From an uncultured Nitrososphaerales archaeon (lineage in GTDB: Archaea; Thermoproteota; Nitrososphaeria; Nitrososphaerales; Nitrososphaeraceae): a stretch of 64,000 nt of DNA. Positions 20,056-31,010 of the stretch are shown here, in pieces; position 1 is the first letter of the stretch; every line of letters begins with the position of its first letter. The translations under genes and the position numbers were made by a program. The notes below the pieces were generated by a model that saw only the letters and a list, made by a program, of their open reading frames with translations, made no database searches and was not told the origin of the DNA. The stretch covers positions 672,001-736,000 of the forward strand of contig CAVOHZ010000010.1 in assembly GCA_963695855.1 (NCBI GenBank). Reading direction: 5' to 3'.

Positions 20056-20645
20056 TCTGACGAATTACTAATTATTAAATTAACTAATTTCTTAGTACAA
20101 TGTTCCAAATGATTCTCATTATTGTGAACAATTTTAAAAGGAGCACCAGATATTACTGAACAACTTGAAATAAGCATCTTCGACACATCTATTTCGTTTT
20201 GAATTGACTCGATTGATATTATATCCCTATCTCTTGAAGAATCATTTTGCCGCCTATGATATATTTCTTCAGGCTTAGCGATAATCAAAACCAAGTTTGA
20301 AGGTTTAAGTAGATTTAGTAGATCCAATGGTAACCCAGGGTAATATCCTTCAAATGTGGTGATAAACAAATGGGTATCGATTATTACAATCTCAGATATT
20401 ATTTCAGAGATTCTAGTTGCAGCTAATTTTTGAAGATTTTTTTGATCCTCAATCTGAAGTCTACGAATTTCATCTCTATTTTTTATATTAACTCTTTTGG
20501 CTTCCTCAAGCATTATCTTTCCGAATTCTGCCAAAGATGTTTTTATCCCGAGTTCTTCTAAAGACTTTTTTACTTCAGATACAATAGTAGTTTTTCCCAC
20601 TCCGGGGATTCCAACTACAATAATTCGTTTATTCTTTTCTACCAA
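20052..20645 (-). CDS. adkA: Archaeal adenylate kinase
   Basis: GIPGVGKTT, RDEIRRL, IIDTH and GYYPGLP motifs. Confidence 0.93.
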   Translation of the reverse strand: MVEKNKRIIVVGIPGVGKTTIVSEVKKSLEELGIKTSLAEFGKIMLEEAKRVNIKNRDEIRRLQIEDQKNLQKLAATRISEIISEIVIIDTHLFITTFEGYYPGLPLDLLNLLKPSNLVLIIAKPEEIYHRRQNDSSRDRDIISIESIQNEIDVSKMLISSCSVISGAPFKIVHNNENHLEHCTKKLVNLIISNSSE

Positions 20646-22062
20646 TTAAAGCCGCCAGTTTGGGCATATTAGTATCTACTTTTTCTCTTATTAGGAGATT
20701 ATAGTAATTCACAAGAATATCTACCATTAACAGCAATCCAATACCCCCACCAAATAACCCCAAAACGTCTGACACCGATGCCAATAAACCTATCGCTACT
20801 CCACCAATAATAGTTACTGAGGGGATATACTTATCTAGAACATTCTGAACAGAATTTTGAGATCTTCTAAACCCTGGTATTTGTACATCAGCATCAAGGA
20901 GGTTTTTAGCAGCAGATTTAGCAGAGAGTCCCCCTAATTCAACCCATAATCTACCAAAAACAGTAACGATTGACGTAATAAAGATGATATTAACTACAGC
21001 TCTAATTGGGTCCTGAGCAGCGACATCGAGTCCTCTAGGGGTGGTGATATAATACAATAAACCACCAATAGGAGATTGTTGCTGTGCAGGATCAAACTGT
21101 GCTATCCAATTAAAAAAAGGATTATCGTTTTCTGGATTGTAATTTGCCCAAAGCATTTGGCCCATAAATATTGCATTAGCTATCAAGGCAGTGGACAAAA
21201 TTACAGGTATATTAGATACGTATAGCATTTTTATTGGATAAACCGCAGTAAATCCTCTATACTTAGTTGACACTATAGGAATATCAATGTGAATGCCCTG
21301 AGTATACACCAGAAGAGCGAGTACACCACCAGTTAGGATGAACGTGAACACACTTGGTAATTGACCACTCCTAAAGAAAACATCAGAAAGATCGCCATGT
21401 ACTGCGGAGTCAATAACGAATGGTATTATGCCAACAGGTCCATCTGGACCCGCAACAGGGGTAAACACACTCCACAAGATGGTTTGCGCGACTCCAGCCG
21501 CAATAAAAAGACTAATACCAGAACCCAATCCCCAGCCTTTTTGGATTAATTCATCCAACAACATTACAATTAGACTAGTAAATATCAATTGAGCAATGAG
21601 AACATAGGTATAAGCAGGAGAGGCTACCAACTGGCCGTAAACACTAGCACCATATAGAGTTCCCTCAGCGCAAATAACCATAATAGTAACTAACTTAGTT
21701 GCAGAAGTAAAAAGTGCTCTATCATCAGGATTTTTGAAATTTAATTTTAGAATATCAGAGCCTTTAAGTAATTGCATTAGAAGCCCTGCCGTAACAATAG
21801 GTCCAATACCAAGTTCGAGAATAGTTCCTTGCTGTGCAGCAAATATAACTCGAGCAAATGCTAGGAAGTCAAATTGAGGTTCATCAGTGACACCATAAAG
21901 GGGTACTTGACCCATAACAAGATATGCAAATACTGCTATACCACACCAAACAAATTTCTCTGTAAGAGTTATTTTCTTCTTTGGCTTTTCTACTTGAGGA
22001 ATATAACGGGATATAGTTTTAATAGACTTGCGTATAAAACCCTCATTCTGAACTGTACTCAT
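20629..22062 (-). CDS. secY: Preprotein translocase subunit SecY
   Basis: ELGIGPIVTA, KGWGLGSGISLFI, YVSNIP and IPGFR motifs. Confidence 0.97.
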   Translation of the reverse strand: MSTVQNEGFIRKSIKTISRYIPQVEKPKKKITLTEKFVWCGIAVFAYLVMGQVPLYGVTDEPQFDFLAFARVIFAAQQGTILELGIGPIVTAGLLMQLLKGSDILKLNFKNPDDRALFTSATKLVTIMVICAEGTLYGASVYGQLVASPAYTYVLIAQLIFTSLIVMLLDELIQKGWGLGSGISLFIAAGVAQTILWSVFTPVAGPDGPVGIIPFVIDSAVHGDLSDVFFRSGQLPSVFTFILTGGVLALLVYTQGIHIDIPIVSTKYRGFTAVYPIKMLYVSNIPVILSTALIANAIFMGQMLWANYNPENDNPFFNWIAQFDPAQQQSPIGGLLYYITTPRGLDVAAQDPIRAVVNIIFITSIVTVFGRLWVELGGLSAKSAAKNLLDADVQIPGFRRSQNSVQNVLDKYIPSVTIIGGVAIGLLASVSDVLGLFGGGIGLLLMVDILVNYYNLLIREKVDTNMPKLAALIGRKE

Positions 22063-22477
22063 TGTAAATTACGTTCCCCCCAACTGCCTGAATTTTTTCC
22101 AAGGCTTTTTTTGAAATTCTGGCGATTTTGATAGTTAATTTTGTATTTATTTTACCTGCGCCTAATAACTTGTCATATCCAAGAGAAGATAAATCAAAAA
22201 AATTCTGATGCTTTGTGTTATCTTTATTTTTACTATATAAAGAATCAAGGTCCCTTAAATTCAACCATTTTTTCACATAATTTTTATGATGAGAATTACT
22301 TTGAGGGTGACCAAAGTGATCTGGTTCCTCGATAACAGTTCTTATCCAGAAATGTTTATGCTTTCCAGCTTGTCCAACACCACCTCTAGATCCAGATTGA
22401 CGGTGTTGTCCTATCTGACCCCAACCGCAATACCTACTTCCTCTTTGTTTCCTGCTTTTTCTTAATCTAGTGGCCAT
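22043..22477 (-). CDS. rpl15: 50S ribosomal protein uL15
   Basis: RKSRKQRGSR..GWG...GSRGG.GQAG and KLLGAG. Confidence 0.95.
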   Translation of the reverse strand: MATRLRKSRKQRGSRYCGWGQIGQHRQSGSRGGVGQAGKHKHFWIRTVIEEPDHFGHPQSNSHHKNYVKKWLNLRDLDSLYSKNKDNTKHQNFFDLSSLGYDKLLGAGKINTKLTIKIARISKKALEKIQAVGGNVIYNEYSSE

Positions 22478-22561
22478 AACCTATATCCTCAAACATATTG
22501 AATTATTAAAAACAGTTAGCGTAATCATTCTTATTCTTTGATAAATAAAATTTTGCGGTAT

Positions 22562-23032
22562 TTATATCATTCTCCTAATAAGTTCAATAAGTTCATCATT
22601 TTCACCAAGTATTCCTTTTTGCGAGTACTGAGTTTTTGTTTTCCTTTTAAAACCACCTTTTGGAGAATTTAGCGAGAACCAAGGTTTAACCTCTTTAATA
22701 TCGGATAAACTAAGATTATTTTCGAATATAGATTTTGCTAATTCATCTAGTGACTTGAATGTAGAAGGGAGATTACCAATAGTGAGGTTTCTTAATCCAC
22801 TAACTTTTCCTCTTCGCTCTAATAATTCTTGGATTATAGAACCATCTACAGATTTCCAAGCCACCATGTCTTTAACCTTCCTTAACATCCCCAAGGTCTG
22901 AGAATCCTCTTTAATAATAGTAGCGTTGAATTTTCTCCTTAGATTAAGATTCTCTAATGTTTTTTCAGCCCAAATTGGAGCATTTACCAATCCACGGATT
23001 CTTATTACTAAATAAACCATCTTATTTATCAA
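22562..23032 (-). CDS. rpl30: 50S ribosomal protein uL30
   Basis: VIRIRG, GMLRKVKD and LNSPKGGF motifs. Confidence 0.93.
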   Translation of the reverse strand: MINKMVYLVIRIRGLVNAPIWAEKTLENLNLRRKFNATIIKEDSQTLGMLRKVKDMVAWKSVDGSIIQELLERRGKVSGLRNLTIGNLPSTFKSLDELAKSIFENNLSLSDIKEVKPWFSLNSPKGGFKRKTKTQYSQKGILGENDELIELIRRMI

Positions 23033-23673
23033 CCCGCTGCATACGTACTTCTTAAAGCATCAAAGATAGCCTTTGTAGTAGAGGCCATTGTACTTGTCGC
23101 CCCGAAGGATTTTGTCCAAGCATCATTTAATCCAGCCAACTTGAGTAATGATCTAATGTTTTCACCAGCAACTAGACCCAGACCTCGAGGACCGGGCAAT
23201 ATTTCAATTGTGACACTGCCACCTCTGCCTGATACCTTAAAAGGTATTGAATGAAGTTGATTACATCTACACTCCCAACTTCCACATCCAAGTTTAATTG
23301 GAATAACATTTAAATATGCAGAATTAATTGCCTTATCAATAGCATTTCGCATTTGCGCTGCTTTCCCCTTCCCTATTCCAAACCATCCATTTTCATTACC
23401 CACGGCCACTAATGCATTGAACCTTGTCATCTCACCTGCGTCAGTTTGTTTTTGCACTATTCCTACATGCACTACCTGGCTTTTAATATCTGGAAGAAGA
23501 TGTTTAACTATTTCCGATTCTTGAATCCTCATTCCATTTTCAAACACTTGCTCCATTGAACTGATCTTCCCACCAGCAACCATTATCCCTAAGGTTGTCC
23601 TTGGTTTCCATTCTACTTGTTTTTCGTCCCTACTTCTTGTATATTGTGAATTTTTCGAAAATTGTTGAATCAT
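23029..23673 (-). CDS. rps5: 30S ribosomal protein uS5
   Basis: WKPRT.LG, VQKQTDAG, GCGSWEC and PRGLGLVAG. Confidence 0.96.
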   Translation of the reverse strand: MIQQFSKNSQYTRSRDEKQVEWKPRTTLGIMVAGGKISSMEQVFENGMRIQESEIVKHLLPDIKSQVVHVGIVQKQTDAGEMTRFNALVAVGNENGWFGIGKGKAAQMRNAIDKAINSAYLNVIPIKLGCGSWECRCNQLHSIPFKVSGRGGSVTIEILPGPRGLGLVAGENIRSLLKLAGLNDAWTKSFGATSTMASTTKAIFDALRSTYAAG

Positions 23674-23718
23674 TTATTAAATATCTCCATTATTAATACA
23701 AGTTTCATCTTCTTTCCA

Positions 23719-24342
23719 TTACGAATTGTTATCTGCTATTTTATCTTTATTGTTAGAGGACATTTCCAAATCTGTTGTACTTAAATTAGATATTTTGTTT
23801 TTAATTTCTTCAAAATGTCTTTTATAATCTTCAGGTTCTAATCCTTTTTTTATTATACTGGAAAACCTCATCATGTACTGATCCTTATTTTGCTTCAATG
23901 AAAAAGCGTAAGTTGATATATGTTCCCCGTTAAGTCTATCTTCTGCCGGAATTGACTTTTCGGATGAAGGTACCTTGATGCCACCATCGATAATTCCTTT
24001 GAGACAGGCAGCAATTCTTTGAGTAAATGTATCTCTTCCAGTATACAGTACTGCATTTTTAACGCCTTTGAAAGAGCCTTTTTTCCCTAATAACAAGCCA
24101 GTAAGATAGCAAGCTGGAAGAGAATTATTGGAACCCTTCCATCCAAAAGATTCCAAGTTTGTAGAATGAGCAAAGGCAATTACCTTATCTCCGACGATAT
24201 TAGGTTCAAGCAACTGCGTAAGAATATTTTGATTACTTAATTTTACTGTTATAAATTGTTGGTTACTTTGCAATAACGAAGAACGCTTATGATAATTAGT
24301 TTTTTTCTCTCTTATTCGCTTTAACGTGTGAACATACGTCAA
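23719..24342 (-). CDS. rpl18: 50S ribosomal protein uL18
   Basis: REKKTNYHKR, PACYLTG and GEHI motifs. Confidence 0.95.
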   Translation of the reverse strand: MTYVHTLKRIREKKTNYHKRSSLLQSNQQFITVKLSNQNILTQLLEPNIVGDKVIAFAHSTNLESFGWKGSNNSLPACYLTGLLLGKKGSFKGVKNAVLYTGRDTFTQRIAACLKGIIDGGIKVPSSEKSIPAEDRLNGEHISTYAFSLKQNKDQYMMRFSSIIKKGLEPEDYKRHFEEIKNKISNLSTTDLEMSSNNKDKIADNNS

Positions 24343-24420
24343 TACATATCATCTCCAATTTGTTGAATATTAGATGCAGATTATCAAAATCACTTATAAA
24401 CGTTTTATTAAAACAATTAA

Positions 24421-25206
24421 CTAAACAGTCTTAGAACTTATTCTATTGGCGATTAAAGATGCAAATGCTCCTGCACCAATTCCATTATCTATATTTACCA
24501 CAGTGAGTCCCAAAGCACAGCTTTGAAGCATCGTGGAAAGGGCCGCAATACCATTGGAGCCAAAACCATATCCAATAGAAGTAGGTACTCCTATAACGGG
24601 TATGTCTACACATGATGATACTATTGAAGCTAAAGCTCCTTCCATTCCTGCGACTACAACAATTGCATGCACGTTATCAGATATCATTTTTTTGAGAGAG
24701 GGAAAAATTCGATGAATACCTGCTATACCTACGTCATATGAAACAATTGCATCACATCCCATTGCTTTAGATACTAGTCGAGCTTCTTCTGCAATGCCCA
24801 CATCTGATGTACCAGCAGAAAAAATACCGATTTTGGAATTCGGATTAGTTTTCATTACTAGATCTTTCGATAACAGAATTGTAGAACTATTTTTACCAAT
24901 TTCAAAAAATAGATTATTTTTTCTAGAAAATTCTCGTATCTTCTTGATGTATTCCTTTGGTGTTCTACTGATAATTACCTTTTCATTTTTTTTTATGATC
25001 CGCTTAAGAATAACAAGAATGTCTAAATATGATTTTCTTTCTCCATAAATAATCTCTGGAATACCTCTTCTTATTTCTCTATGTATATCCAAGTTTGCGA
25101 TGTTATTTCCAATATTTTCTACATAATTATATGAAATTATTTTTTTAAAGTCCTCTAGAGAAATCTTTCCAGTATTGTATTCTTTTAGAAGAACATCTAA
25201 ATCCAT
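24421..25206 (-). CDS. larB: Nickel-pincer cofactor biosynthesis protein LarB
   Basis: RRGIPEII, AGTSD..AEEA, DVGIAGIHR, AGMEGAL, PTSIGYG and VNIDNG. Confidence 0.94.
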   Translation of the reverse strand: MDLDVLLKEYNTGKISLEDFKKIISYNYVENIGNNIANLDIHREIRRGIPEIIYGERKSYLDILVILKRIIKKNEKVIISRTPKEYIKKIREFSRKNNLFFEIGKNSSTILLSKDLVMKTNPNSKIGIFSAGTSDVGIAEEARLVSKAMGCDAIVSYDVGIAGIHRIFPSLKKMISDNVHAIVVVAGMEGALASIVSSCVDIPVIGVPTSIGYGFGSNGIAALSTMLQSCALGLTVVNIDNGIGAGAFASLIANRISSKTV

Positions 25207-25214
25207 GGTTATAT

Positions 25215-26129
25215 TTACAATCCTAATGATTTTATCGCTTCTTTAACACTTTTTACTCCTAGATCAAATATGGACCTTTCAGATTTGTCTAGCTCAAGTT
25301 CGATTATTTTTTCTATTCCTTGAGATCCTAACACCACTGGAACTCCAATACACAATTCTGATATACCATATTCTCCTTCCACATATGCCGAGACAGGAAT
25401 AACCATCTTTTTGTCCTTTACAATACTTTCAATCATGGTTGCAACAGCATTCCCGGGAGCATATACAGTTGCACCCTTTAGAGAAATTACTTCAGCTGCC
25501 ACATTCTTAGTTTTTTCAAATATTTTGTTTGATTCTTCACCAGATAAAAGGTCTTTTAGCGGTATTCCACCAATAGAAGAAAATCTTATCAAAGGTAACA
25601 TATTTTCTCCGTGCTCCCCTATTACCATAGCCTGAATTGAATCCCTAGAATAGCCTTTAACATCATGAATAAAACTTTTGAATCTCGATAGATCGAGCAT
25701 ACCTCCCATCCCCATTACTTTGTTTTTCGGAAAATTGGTAGTTTTTAAAGCTAAATAGGTCATGGGATCCAATGGATTTGTTACTACGACCAAATTACTA
25801 TTTTTCGCATATAATGATATTTTATTAGAAACTTCTTTCACAACAGTAGCATTTCTATTCAAAAGATCCATTCGAGTCATTCCTGGTTTTCTTCCTATCC
25901 CAGCAACCAAGACGACAAAATTTGAATTCCTCATATCTTCATAATCATTCGAACCTTTGATTCTTGGATCAAATCCTCTTTCAGATAATTGATGATTAAT
26001 ATCCATAGCTTCTCCTTGGGGAAGTCCTTCGATTACATCTAACAATAAAACATCATCTAATTCTCTTAATGCACAATTTAATGCCACAGAAGCACCAACT
26101 CTTCCGGATCCTATTATTGTAATTGTCAT
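25215..26129 (-). CDS. mdh: Malate dehydrogenase (LDH-like)
   Basis: [26 protein letters not shown] and GEHG. Confidence 0.93.
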   Translation of the reverse strand: MTITIIGSGRVGASVALNCALRELDDVLLLDVIEGLPQGEAMDINHQLSERGFDPRIKGSNDYEDMRNSNFVVLVAGIGRKPGMTRMDLLNRNATVVKEVSNKISLYAKNSNLVVVTNPLDPMTYLALKTTNFPKNKVMGMGGMLDLSRFKSFIHDVKGYSRDSIQAMVIGEHGENMLPLIRFSSIGGIPLKDLLSGEESNKIFEKTKNVAAEVISLKGATVYAPGNAVATMIESIVKDKKMVIPVSAYVEGEYGISELCIGVPVVLGSQGIEKIIELELDKSERSIFDLGVKSVKEAIKSLGL

Positions 26130-26284
26130 TTTGATCGATTGTTCATTTAGACAAATTATAATCTTACTAAAATAGTTTCTAATTGAAATGGTCAGTTTGA
26201 GATAATAACTTCTTTATAGTATCTTAATAACTATATATAAGTATGATAATGTACTTCCGAAAATAATATTAAAAGGAGTACAAA

Positions 26285-27526
26285 ATGTCAAATATTACAA
26301 TAATTGACCCTCAGATCTCAGGGATTTCAGGCGACATGTTAATGTCTGCATTAGTGGATGCAGGCGCTGATAAAAAGAAAATTATTGATTCTATATATGA
26401 ATGTGAAAAATATATTACTGGAAGTAAAATAGTTGATGCGAAATTTGAAAAGATAAGTGTTCATGGTTTTAAGGCAACGAGATTTTTTTTTAAATATCAG
26501 GATAAAACTTTGAAAAGAAAAGCAATTGACATGTACAAGATTCTATCGAAGTGCGCTGAAAATTTAAATCTAGACCCCCGAGCGAATAGTTTTTTACTGA
26601 ACTCTTTAAAAACTTTAATAAATGCTGAAAGTAGAATTCATGGCAAACCAGTTGAAAAGATTCATTTGCATGAAGCTTCTAGTATAGACACATTTGTGGA
26701 TTTAATTGGATGTTCTATTGCACTGGAAAACTTAAAAATTTTTGACTCAAGAATAGTTACGACTCATATTTCAGTTGGTAGCGGACTAATAGAATTTTCT
26801 CATGGAACGGTTGCTAATCCTAGTAACGCAATTTTAGAAATATTCCGAGGTAGATCATTTGTTTTATCTGGCAACAATCTTGGAGAGATTACCACACCAA
26901 CTGGAGCATCCATGCTAGTAAATCTTACATCAGAATGTGTAGATTATTACCCTAAATTTGTTCCGATTAAGATTGGACTAGGTAATGGTCAAAAGGAATT
27001 TCTTACCTATCCGAACATTCTCAGAGTAATAATAGCGAAGGATCCTATTAATTCTAAAACAAATTACGAGGATGTAGTACTATTAGAAACTAATATTGAT
27101 GATTTATCTGGGGAAATATTAGGCAATTTGATTGAGGTAATTATGAAGGAAGGAGCAAAAGATGTCACAGTAATTCCTGGGATAACAAAGAAAAATAGAC
27201 CTGTTCACATATTAAGAATAATTACTGATAGATTGAAAATAAATGACATTGCTGAGAAAATATATATTGAATCTGGCACTTCAGGCATTAGAATTCAAGA
27301 CTTGAATAGAATAGCATTGTTTAGAAATATTATAACTATGCCGATATCCGTAAAAAATAAAACTTACAATGTAAGAGTAAAAATTGTAAAAGATCCATAT
27401 AATAAAATAATAAACGTAAAACCCGAATATGACGATCTGAAAAAGATAGCGGAGGCTAGTGGTATGTCATTAAGAAAAGTTATGAATTACGCTACATGTC
27501 AGACAATGGAAAAATTTGATGAGTGA
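26285..27526 (+). CDS. larC: Nickel insertase LarC (full length, no frameshift)
   Basis: GISGDML, IHG..IHLHE, TPTGA, ETNIDD, KKNRP and KPEYDD. Confidence 0.93.
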   Translation: MSNITIIDPQISGISGDMLMSALVDAGADKKKIIDSIYECEKYITGSKIVDAKFEKISVHGFKATRFFFKYQDKTLKRKAIDMYKILSKCAENLNLDPRANSFLLNSLKTLINAESRIHGKPVEKIHLHEASSIDTFVDLIGCSIALENLKIFDSRIVTTHISVGSGLIEFSHGTVANPSNAILEIFRGRSFVLSGNNLGEITTPTGASMLVNLTSECVDYYPKFVPIKIGLGNGQKEFLTYPNILRVIIAKDPINSKTNYEDVVLLETNIDDLSGEILGNLIEVIMKEGAKDVTVIPGITKKNRPVHILRIITDRLKINDIAEKIYIESGTSGIRIQDLNRIALFRNIITMPISVKNKTYNVRVKIVKDPYNKIINVKPEYDDLKKIAEASGMSLRKVMNYATCQTMEKFDE

Positions 27527-28350
27527 TTGTTGACATGCGCGATTATGAAATCAGTTTCATTAGATTAAAAGAATGGTTTAGTGAAAATACAGATGGCAGG
27601 GTTGTGGTAGCGTTATCTGGAGGGGTAGATAGTGCAGTCGTTGCTCTGGCTGCAAAACATACACTACAAGATAATGCATTAGCTATCACAGCAAATTATA
27701 AGACCTTAGCTGAATCAGAAATGAATACTGCAATAAATATAGCTAAGGAAATAGGTATCAGACACATAATAATAGAATATAGTGAACTAGATGATCCGAA
27801 TTTCATAAGAAACGATAATTTGAGATGTTACTATTGTAGAAAATCTCTTTCAGAATATCTTTTATCGTATTCAAAATTATTCAATATTTCGTGTATTGTT
27901 GACGGTACTAATGTGGATGATCTGATGGATTATAGACCAGGAATAAAAGCCCTAAGAGAATACGGAATAAAAAGTCCGCTATTAGAGATCAAAATAGAGA
28001 AACATATGATAAGAAAAATTGCTAAAAATTATGGTCTATCCATTTCCAATAAGCCATCAAATTCATGTCTTGCATCAAGGATACCATATGGCAAAAAGAT
28101 CACACAAGAAAAGTTAACAAAAATAGAGAACGCAGAGAAGATAGTAAAAGAATTATTCAAAGTTGAACAAGTACGGGTAAGAGATCATGAGAAGATTGCA
28201 CGAATTGAGATAGGAACTGATGAATTTGGAAAAATGTTTGATTCCAATAAATTAAAAATATTGAATTCCAAATTAAGAGAGATTGGATTCCAATATGTTA
28301 CTTTAGATTTAGCAGGGTATAAATCTGGCAATTTGGTTGTGATAGAATAA
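27523..28350 (+). CDS. larE: Sulfur transferase LarE
   Basis: SGGVDS PP-loop, RCYYC, DYRPG, SCLASRIPYG and VRVRDH. Confidence 0.93.
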   Translation: MIVDMRDYEISFIRLKEWFSENTDGRVVVALSGGVDSAVVALAAKHTLQDNALAITANYKTLAESEMNTAINIAKEIGIRHIIIEYSELDDPNFIRNDNLRCYYCRKSLSEYLLSYSKLFNISCIVDGTNVDDLMDYRPGIKALREYGIKSPLLEIKIEKHMIRKIAKNYGLSISNKPSNSCLASRIPYGKKITQEKLTKIENAEKIVKELFKVEQVRVRDHEKIARIEIGTDEFGKMFDSNKLKILNSKLREIGFQYVTLDLAGYKSGNLVVIE

Positions 28351-28353
28351 TTT

Positions 28354-29553
28354 TTGAACGAAGGAATGAGCGGTAAACAAATTATTTATTTGGATAATGC
28401 AGCTTCTACACCTGTTATCGAAGAAGTAATTGACGAAATGATTCCATATCTTGGTAATTTATTTGGAAATCCTTCTTCAGTTCATCAATTTGGTAGGAAA
28501 TCAAAACTGGCTATCCAAAGGTCTAGAAAAAAAGTTGCTGATTTAATAGGAGCGAAACCCAATGAGATCTTTTTTACTTCTGGAGGAACGGAATCTGACA
28601 ATCTTGCGCTTAAGGGTTTGAGCAAATTTTACAAAGATAAAGATAAAAATCATATCATCACCAGTGTCATAGAACATGATGCAATTTTAGAAACTTGCAG
28701 AGAGCTAGAAAGTGATGGTTTTGATGTTACGTATTTAGAAGTTGGTAGAGAAGGCATAGTCAATCCCGAAACTATCAAAAAATTCCTCAGTAAAAGAACA
28801 ATTTTAGTGAGCATAATGTTGGTAAATAATGAAGTTGGAACTATCCAACCAATTGGAAAATTAGCTGAAATAACTCATGAGTATAACAAAAACATTATTT
28901 TTCATACTGACGCGGTTCAGGGTGTAGGTAAAATTCCAATAGATATTAACAACCTAAATGTTGATTCTTTGTCGATATCTTCACACAAGATAAATGGACC
29001 TAAAGGAGTAGGTGCACTTTATGTCAGAAATGAGATAGGGTTTAAACCTTTGATACACGGAGGTGGGCAAGAATATGGATTACGATCTGGAACCGAAAAT
29101 GTACATGGAATAATAGGGTTTGGAAAAGCCTGTGAAATTAGTTTAAAAAATTTAAAAAAAAATTGTGATTTTCTAACAAATTTGAGAAACTATCTGATTG
29201 AGAAGATCCTCAGTGAGGTGTCAGGTTCCCGTTTAAATGGATCCGTTGACAAGAGAATCCCAAGCAATACGAATTTTACATTTTTTGGGATAAACGGAGA
29301 AGATCTAATAATAAAGTTAGATGAATATGGAATTTTAGCTTCAACTGGTTCTGCATGTTCTATAAATAAAAAGAAAGCATCTCATGTTCTGAAAGCAATG
29401 GGGCTAGATCATGAGGAGATTTCAGGTTCTGTAAGATTTTCAATTGGAATACAGAATACCAAAGAAGAATTAGATAAAACGATCGACATTTTAGTAAAAA
29501 GAGTAGAAGAATTGAGGGAGATATCTCCGTATAAATCAAAATATTCTTTATAG
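28354..29553 (+). CDS. iscS: Cysteine desulfurase (IscS/NifS type)
   Basis: YLDNAAST, TSGGTESDN, HTDAVQ, SSHKINGPKG and STGSAC. Confidence 0.93.
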   Translation: MNEGMSGKQIIYLDNAASTPVIEEVIDEMIPYLGNLFGNPSSVHQFGRKSKLAIQRSRKKVADLIGAKPNEIFFTSGGTESDNLALKGLSKFYKDKDKNHIITSVIEHDAILETCRELESDGFDVTYLEVGREGIVNPETIKKFLSKRTILVSIMLVNNEVGTIQPIGKLAEITHEYNKNIIFHTDAVQGVGKIPIDINNLNVDSLSISSHKINGPKGVGALYVRNEIGFKPLIHGGGQEYGLRSGTENVHGIIGFGKACEISLKNLKKNCDFLTNLRNYLIEKILSEVSGSRLNGSVDKRIPSNTNFTFFGINGEDLIIKLDEYGILASTGSACSINKKKASHVLKAMGLDHEEISGSVRFSIGIQNTKEELDKTIDILVKRVEELREISPYKSKYSL

Positions 29554-29594
29554 AAAAAATTTATTATTGGGATTGTTAAAATATTTATAACAAT

Positions 29595-30068
29595 ATGGAA
29601 CATCACATAAGTTTGAAATTAGGGGATATCGCTCCAGATTTTGAGATACCAGATATAAATTTGAAGAATATGAGATTGAGTGATATTAAAGACAAGAAAG
29701 TAATACTTGCATTCTTTCCAGCAGCTGAATCCCCAGTGTGTACTGCAGAGATGTGTAATTTCAGAGACTCTCTGAGTGAATTCAATAATAAAAATGTTCA
29801 AGTGATTGGAATCTCTGTAGACGGACCATTTGCAAACAAATCCTTTACTGAAAATCGTCATTTGAATTTTCCTGTATTAAGTGACTATAAAAGAGAAGTA
29901 ATAAAGAATTATGGCGTAGTTATGAAGGATTTGGCTGTATTAAAAGACTACAATGCTGCAAAAAGGGCAATCTTTATTTTAGATAAAGATAAAAAAATAT
30001 CGTATAAATGGATTTCTGATAATCCTTTGATAGAACCAAACTATGATGAGATAATGCAAAATTTATAA
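29595..30068 (+). CDS. Peroxiredoxin (AhpC/TSA, BCP-like)
   Basis: FFPAAESPVCTAEMC and GISVD motifs. Confidence 0.88.
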   Translation: MEHHISLKLGDIAPDFEIPDINLKNMRLSDIKDKKVILAFFPAAESPVCTAEMCNFRDSLSEFNNKNVQVIGISVDGPFANKSFTENRHLNFPVLSDYKREVIKNYGVVMKDLAVLKDYNAAKRAIFILDKDKKISYKWISDNPLIEPNYDEIMQNL

Positions 30069-30494
30069 AAATTTTTATATTATTTTTGCTAGTTCTTTGA
30101 GATTCTGAGAAATTTTTAATAGTCTAACATAAAATAGATAACTATTTTGTTTAGATAATATCAGGGTTTTTAAAATTTCATTGAAATTACAAACATTTTG
30201 TATTACGCTGAGTTTTGAATGATGTTGTCAATATATATTATGAGAAAACGAAATAAGATATAAATGCTCGAGATTTTTGGACGCACATTATTTACTTGTT
30301 AAAGAAATTTTAACATTGAAAAGTTATAATTTTCAACTACATGAAATTTTTCTTTTATAATTGTAATTGATCAAATGAAAATACTATGTTATTCCTTTCT
30401 CCAAATATTGTATTTTTTATTGATTGTTTTGAATTAGTCATAATCATAAATGGAGGTTTTAAAAATAATATGAAAATAATATCATATTTGTCTA

Positions 30495-31010
30495 TTATTC
30501 TATTATTGCAACAACTTCATACCTTGATACTGTTGACCCTTCACTAACTTTTATTTCCTTTAAAAGACCGTCTTTATGGGCTTTTATAGCAACTTGCATT
30601 TTCATTGATTCTAGAATCACTATTGGATCTCCCTCCTTTATTGGTTCTCCCGTGGTACCGGAAATTTTGACCACACGACCAGGAATTTGACTTTTAACAA
30701 TATTTGCTTGACTTATAGAACCTTTTGATTTAAGAGACTTTTCAATAATTTCTGTTAACAATTTTGAATGTTTCTTGATTTCTATGTTGACCCCATCCAC
30801 ATAAACCTTATATTTTGGTCCATCAGAGTGTAAAATTTTTACATTATGAAAGGTATTTCCTAAAATAAATTCAAAATCGGATGTACTTGATTTCAAGAGT
30901 TTTAGTTCATAATCTTTATCATTTATTCTAAACACCATTTCTCCAGAACCTTTATTACGTATTACTTCTGCCTTGATAAGACCAGATTCGCCCTCAAGTT
31001 GGAATTCCAC
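30495..31010 (-). CDS. accB: Biotin carboxyl carrier subunit of acetyl/propionyl-CoA carboxylase
   Basis: LESMKM biotinylation motif; last gene of the carboxylase operon. Confidence 0.92.
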   Translation of the reverse strand: MEFQLEGESGLIKAEVIRNKGSGEMVFRINDKDYELKLLKSSTSDFEFILGNTFHNVKILHSDGPKYKVYVDGVNIEIKKHSKLLTEIIEKSLKSKGSISQANIVKSQIPGRVVKISGTTGEPIKEGDPIVILESMKMQVAIKAHKDGLLKEIKVSEGSTVSRYEVVAIIE

